Source: Candidatus Binataceae bacterium (GTDB lineage Bacteria; Desulfobacterota; Binatia; Binatales; Binataceae). Taken from it: a stretch of DNA of 64,000 nt. Within the stretch, counting starts at the first letter, position 1; each line of letters begins with the position of its first letter. A program made the position numbers and the translations under genes. Location of the stretch: contig DATKSQ010000132.1 in the NCBI GenBank assembly GCA_035531615.1, positions 18,926-82,925 of the forward strand, written 5' to 3'. Under the pieces are notes generated by a model, which was not told where the DNA came from, searched no databases, and saw only the letters and a program-made list of their open reading frames with translations. Of the stretch, positions 60,169 to 64,000 are shown piece by piece.

Positions 60169-61504
60169 CAAGCTTTCCTGAGTAAATCCGGGGGTTTTCT
60201 CTATTTTGGCCCTTCCGGTGTTCAAACCGGTGTTCAAACTGTACCAAATCGGGGTCGTTTTGGGCCCCATAACCCTCGATTTTTGCGAGCTCAAAAGCGT
60301 CGGCCGCCGACGAGTGCACGAACCTGCCGTAGTGCCTGAGAATGGTCGCCACCGCCACTCCGGTTTGCTCCGACAGCCAGGTGAGGCTCACTCCATAGGT
60401 GAGCGCGAGCGATAGGTAGGTGTCCTTGGCCGAATAGAGATCGCGCAGCGGCGATATTTCGAGCGCGCGTTGCGCGTCGCGGAACAGATCGTAAAAATTC
60501 GCCTGCTCGATCGGCGCGCCACGCACATTCTTGAACAGATAGTCGTCGGGCGCGGCCTTCAATTCGATCAGTGGTTCGAGCGCCTCGGCGTTTTTCCGCG
60601 TGAGCCGCACCGTGCGCCGGGCGCGCTGGGTCTTGGGTGCGGCCTCGGCGCCGAGATGGCGCGAGCGCTCGACCTGGACGGTGCCGGCGCCCAGATTGAC
60701 GCTTCGAATCCGCACCGCGGCCGCTTCGGACGGGCGCATGCCGGTGAAAAACAGGGTGTAGAGAAACGCATAGTACGGGTAATGGAATCTGGTGTCGTTG
60801 AAGCCGCCGACTTTCCAGCGCTTGTTTCTGAAGTAGCCGAGAATCCGATCGCGTTCGGCGGCGTCGAACGGCGATGGTCCGGGAACGATCTTCTCGGCCC
60901 ATCTGACCTTGGGAAACGGGAAGCCGGCCGCAATATCATCCCGGCCCGCGTCGCGGACCATGGCCCGCAACGACCCGTCGATCACGTTGCGAATGGTTTT
61001 TTCGGAAAGCTTGCGCTGGCGCAAAATGGTGCGCAGATCCTCGAGGTGCGCGAGCGAAAGTTCGGCGAGCGCGACCTCGCCGAGCGGGTCGAGCAGGTAG
61101 CGCCGGAAGTGATTGCGGTAATCGCGCGCCGCTGAAACGCGGACATAGGGTGCGACCTTGCGTTCGATCCACTCCGCGTAATAGCGCCCGATGGTCCAGC
61201 CGCCCGGCTTGCCCGGTTTCGGTGCGGCCGCGGGGCGGTTGGCGGGCCAAAAATCCGCCGCGCGATTGCCGTTTGGAAACCATTTCAGATAGTCGAAGAC
61301 GCCGGCCTTTATTTCCGCGCCGATCAGCTCGGCCTGGCGCTGAACCCGGTTGCGGTTCTCGGCGGTGTCGCGCAGCGCGGTGGCCTCGGCGAAATACCGC
61401 TTGCGGCCGTCGGGAAGGGTCCAGCGAAAGCGCAGCCGCAGAAAGCCCGTTGTGGTGGTCTGAAGGGAGCAGGCTTGCCGCTTTACTTTAGGTTTTCGCG
61501 CCAT
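60131..61504 (-). CDS. Tyrosine-type site-specific integrase (phage integrase family)
   Basis: 457 aa. The C-terminal catalytic region includes ...ATILRHYGRF (RHY with the Tyr nucleophile). The 3' end overlaps the 3' half of tRNA-Glu by 38 bp, a classic att arrangement. Confidence 0.8.
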   Translation of the reverse strand: MARKPKVKRQACSLQTTTTGFLRLRFRWTLPDGRKRYFAEATALRDTAENRNRVQRQAELIGAEIKAGVFDYLKWFPNGNRAADFWPANRPAAAPKPGKPGGWTIGRYYAEWIERKVAPYVRVSAARDYRNHFRRYLLDPLGEVALAELSLAHLEDLRTILRQRKLSEKTIRNVIDGSLRAMVRDAGRDDIAAGFPFPKVRWAEKIVPGPSPFDAAERDRILGYFRNKRWKVGGFNDTRFHYPYYAFLYTLFFTGMRPSEAAAVRIRSVNLGAGTVQVERSRHLGAEAAPKTQRARRTVRLTRKNAEALEPLIELKAAPDDYLFKNVRGAPIEQANFYDLFRDAQRALEISPLRDLYSAKDTYLSLALTYGVSLTWLSEQTGVAVATILRHYGRFVHSSAADAFELAKIEGYGAQNDPDLVQFEHRFEHRKGQNRENPRIYSGKLASPTGFEPVLPT

Positions 61505-62006
61505 CGATCACTTGGTCGCGATAGTGCGGGACCGGCTCCCGCGGTTGGGGACGTTCAATGAATGTAACAATTGCCGCCCATTTGAAGACGGGCCTGCGCC
61601 CAACATAGAAGAAGTGGCTGCCCTCCCGCAAGATTCCCCTCGAGATCATCGTCCGAATCGCCTGGTCGGTCCAGGGCGTCAGGTGGGTGAGTTCGGCGAT
61701 GGAGAGATACGGCTTGCAGGTCGGCTGACCCGGAGCTTGCGCGATAGCGGCGCTTTGGCCGGGTGGCGGGAGCGATGGGGTCTGATCGCCGGAACCTGGA
61801 TCGGGCTCGCGCGGCGGGGGCGCGCAAAGGTTATCCCGCGAGCCGTGCCGCACGGCGGCCCGCAGCGATTCGATGTGATGAGGAATCTCGGGCTCCGATT
61901 GGGATGCGGCCGGATTCGCGCCGGAAGGACCGGCGGCGAATTCACCGATCGGCGCGGGCGGCGGAGTCTCCTGGATGACAAGCGGGCGCGGAGCTTGGGT
62001 CGGCAT
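61488..62006 (-). CDS. HTH DNA-binding protein, AlpA/excisionase-like C-terminus with Pro-rich N-terminal region
   Basis: The C-terminus YLSIAELTHLTPWTDQAIRTMISRGILREGSHFFYVGRRPVF is a Xis/AlpA-like winged HTH. ATG at 62006 with a GGAGG RBS. Overlaps the integrase start. Confidence 0.55.
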   Translation of the reverse strand: MPTQAPRPLVIQETPPPAPIGEFAAGPSGANPAASQSEPEIPHHIESLRAAVRHGSRDNLCAPPPREPDPGSGDQTPSLPPPGQSAAIAQAPGQPTCKPYLSIAELTHLTPWTDQAIRTMISRGILREGSHFFYVGRRPVFKWAAIVTFIERPQPREPVPHYRDQVIDGAKT

Positions 62007-62455
62007 AAAAAACCTCCGGGATGGGACGCGGTCGGCGATCCGGCGCCGATCCGTGTCTTGGATGAGCAATGGCGGTGCCGATTCGCGATCCGGGCCGATC
62101 GCATGGCATGGCTTCACGAGCCGCCAGGCGCCGCGCACGCGGCCGATAAAACTTGGCGTTGATCCCGATAACGGCGCAGTGTGCCTGTGCCTATTGTGCA
62201 CACTGGCCGAAAAGCGCAGGCGTGGCTTTGCTTATTCGCTGCGCTGGCCGTTTCGCTGTGCACAATGGGCACAGTCGGGATTGCGGGAGCCGGAGCCGGA
62301 GTCGGGGCAGCGTTGCGCGCGCCGTGTGGTCCGTGGGCGCGATACGGCTTCGGGAGCCAACCGTCCGGCGCGGCCGAAATCGCAAAAACCGCGCGCGATC
62401 TATTGACAGGTTGTGCATAACCCTACTAACAGTACGCTTTGTCTGCTGGGTGGAG

Positions 62456-63517
62456 GTGAGGTGGTGGCGCCAGGAGAAGCATGTGACAACCATCATCGGC
62501 GAGTCGCCCGCGATACTTCGGATCATCGCTCAAATCGATCAGGTCGCCGCGACGACCGCGTCGGTGGTTCTGACCGGCGAGACCGGGACCGGAAAGGAGC
62601 TCGCCGCGCGCGCGATTCACGCGCGCTCGCCCCGCGGCGGGCGGCCGTTCGTCGCGATCAACTGCGCGGCGGCGCCCGACAGCCTGATCGAAAGCGATCT
62701 GTTCGGTCACGAGCGGGGCGCCTTTACGGGCGCGGATCGAAGGCGCGAGGGCTGTTTTGAACTGGCCAACGGCGGCACCCTGCTGCTCGATGAGATCACC
62801 GAGATGCGGTTCGAGACGCAAGCGAAGCTGTTGCGGGTAATCGAGGAGCGGAAGGTTTCACGGTTGGGCAGCTTCCGGGAGATTCCCCTCGATGTACGGA
62901 TTCTGGCGGCGTCCAATCGCGAGCTTCAGCGCGCGATCGGGGAGGGCCGGCTGCGCTCGGACCTTTACTACCGGCTCAACGTCGTGTCGATCGAGCTGCC
63001 ACCGCTGCGGGATCGAATCGAGGATTTGCGGCCGCTCGCCGAGGAGTTCATGCGCGCGTTCAACCGCCAGCACGGCAAGAACGTCCGTGGGTTCTCGCAG
63101 GATTGTCTCGCGGCGCTCGGCGCTTATCGGTGGCCAGGCAACGTCCGCGAGCTGCGCAACGTGATCGAGCGTGCCGTGGTCATGTCGGGATCGCCGGTGT
63201 TATCAGTTCTGGATCTGCCGAAGGAGCTTGGTTTGTGCACGGCGCCCGGCGTGGGCTTCATGGTTCGGCTGGGTTCGACGTTGGCCGAGGTCGAGAAGGA
63301 ATTGATAACGCGGACGATTTCATTTGTGGGCGGCAACAAGTCGCGCGCCGCCCAGGTTTTGGGGGTCGGGCGGCGGACCATCTACAAGCAGCTTGCGCGC
63401 TACCAACCCTACGAGACCAGCGGCCGATTCGGGCTCTCCGCTCCGCGCACCGGCGGTGATGGCGCCTCGTCGGAGGCGGGCGCGAGCGAACCGGTTGCGC
63501 CGCTCGCCGGCGCCTGA
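62456..63517 (+). CDS. Sigma-54-dependent transcriptional activator (AAA+ plus Fis-type HTH) lacking an N-terminal sensory/receiver domain (PspF-like)
   Basis: GETGTGKELAARAIH, GAFTGA and ESDLFGHERGAFTGA motifs, plus C-terminal HTH RAAQVLGVGRRTIYKQL. The start is uncertain (GTG 62450/62456/62480). TTGACA at 62403. Confidence 0.8.
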   Translation: MRWWRQEKHVTTIIGESPAILRIIAQIDQVAATTASVVLTGETGTGKELAARAIHARSPRGGRPFVAINCAAAPDSLIESDLFGHERGAFTGADRRREGCFELANGGTLLLDEITEMRFETQAKLLRVIEERKVSRLGSFREIPLDVRILAASNRELQRAIGEGRLRSDLYYRLNVVSIELPPLRDRIEDLRPLAEEFMRAFNRQHGKNVRGFSQDCLAALGAYRWPGNVRELRNVIERAVVMSGSPVLSVLDLPKELGLCTAPGVGFMVRLGSTLAEVEKELITRTISFVGGNKSRAAQVLGVGRRTIYKQLARYQPYETSGRFGLSAPRTGGDGASSEAGASEPVAPLAGA

Positions 63518-63647
63518 GATCCGCCTCCGCACGGGTCCAAACTCGTTGCTGTGCTTTACGCGAGCCGGCGCGGCCGGTCATGGGTTTGACCTTGCCGCCG
63601 CGGACCGGGTACATGTAGTTACATAACTACTTTGGGCGGGTGCGATC

Positions 63648-63926
63648 ATGGAAGTGGGACTGCGTGAGGCGAACCAGCGCTTCTCGAAAATCATGCAGCT
63701 GGTGCGCGCCGGTGAAGAGGTGATGCTGACCGAACGCGGCAGGCCGCTGGCGCGTATCGTGCCGGCGCGTCCGGCGGGTCAGGCGGAGGCCACGGTTCGC
63801 CGGCTCGAGGCGGCGGGCCTGCTGCGCGCCGCGCTGAAGCCGCGGCCCATGCCGGACTTCAAACCGCGGCCGCTGCGCGGGCCATCGATGACTCGAACGC
63901 TGCGCGATGAGCGTGAGTCCTCGTAA
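63648..63926 (+). CDS. Type II antitoxin, Phd/YefM family
   Basis: MEVGLREANQRFSKIMQLVRAGEEVMLTERGRPLARIVP matches the Phd/YefM N-terminal pattern. Confidence 0.75.
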   Translation: MEVGLREANQRFSKIMQLVRAGEEVMLTERGRPLARIVPARPAGQAEATVRRLEAAGLLRAALKPRPMPDFKPRPLRGPSMTRTLRDERESS

Positions 63927-63934
63927 GGTGGCTG

Positions 63935-64000
63935 CGGCGTGGGGCTACTTCGACACCAGCGTTCTGGTGAAACGGTACGTGCGCGAAGAGGGCTCAAGGC
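63935..64000 (+). CDS. PIN-domain toxin VapC-like, N-terminal fragment (continues beyond window)
   Basis: GTG start 9 bp after the antitoxin stop. It encodes VAAAWGYFDTSVLVKRYVREEGS; the YFDTSVL stretch is typical of a PIN N-terminus. Confidence 0.5.

Noticed and set aside
60219-60242. Tandem repeat CCGGTGTTCAAA x2 near the att site as integrase arm-binding sites
   Set aside because: It lies inside the integrase coding region and simply encodes a duplicated FEHR tetrapeptide. It may still be arm-type DNA, but the evidence is insufficient.
1-64000. CRISPR arrays, rRNA genes, sigma-54 -24/-12 promoters
   Set aside because: No regularly spaced short repeats with unique spacers were seen, and no rRNA-like conserved segments. 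Candidate TGGCA sites (40730, 55291, 56053, 62190) all have wrong spacing to a GC dinucleotide.

Overview
This 64 kb window is high-GC (roughly 65-70%) bacterial chromosome, mostly core genes, with several small accessory or decayed patches. Long antisense shadow ORFs are common, as expected at this GC content.

Reading left to right:
- a partial lipoprotein with a zinc-peptidase HExxH motif;
- a heterodimeric ABC exporter pair;
- an orphan TadE/TadG pseudopilin pair;
- a GT2 glycosyltransferase and the ApbC/Mrp Fe-S carrier;
- a translationally coupled operon of a DUF4838-like protein, an acyl-CoA dehydrogenase and a family III CoA-transferase;
- a decayed accessory patch (12.7-17.2 kb), containing a 3' fragment and a 5' fragment of a class III cyclase/AAA/TPR paralog, an IS3-family left-end remnant, a DUF1329 paralog broken by an in-frame TAG, and small secreted proteins;
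- the full-length cyclase-AAA-TPR STAND-like gene, whose N-terminal zinc-ribbon region carries an in-frame TGA;
- divergently transcribed from the cyclase gene, an 808-aa Ala-rich P-loop NTPase;
- a complete dcw cell-division cluster, mraZ-rsmH-ftsL-ftsI-murE-mraY-murD-ftsW-murG-murC-murB-ftsQ-ftsA-ftsZ, with putative MraZ boxes and notably no murF or ddl;
- GTP-dependent PEPCK;
- an intact DUF1329 gene with a TolB-like beta-propeller gene;
- a CsoR-type repressor with a P1B-like ATPase that lacks an HMA domain and carries GAC where the CPC motif should be;
- an AsmA-family protein;
- a TetR-controlled minus-strand cluster of ferritin-like diiron (ExxH x2) proteins, including a tandem duplicate, with a perfect palindromic operator;
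- a ~1.2 kb gene-free stretch full of MITE-like palindromic repeats;
- a Ddn-like deazaflavin-dependent nitroreductase-family gene, an MFS transporter, a JAMM/MPN protein and a PyrD-like gene separated by a large inverted repeat;
- tRNA-Glu(UUC) with an integrase overlapping its 3' end, which starts an integrated element (HTH/Xis-like, a sensor-less sigma-54 activator, Phd/VapC toxin-antitoxin) that runs off the window.

No rRNA and no CRISPR array is visible.
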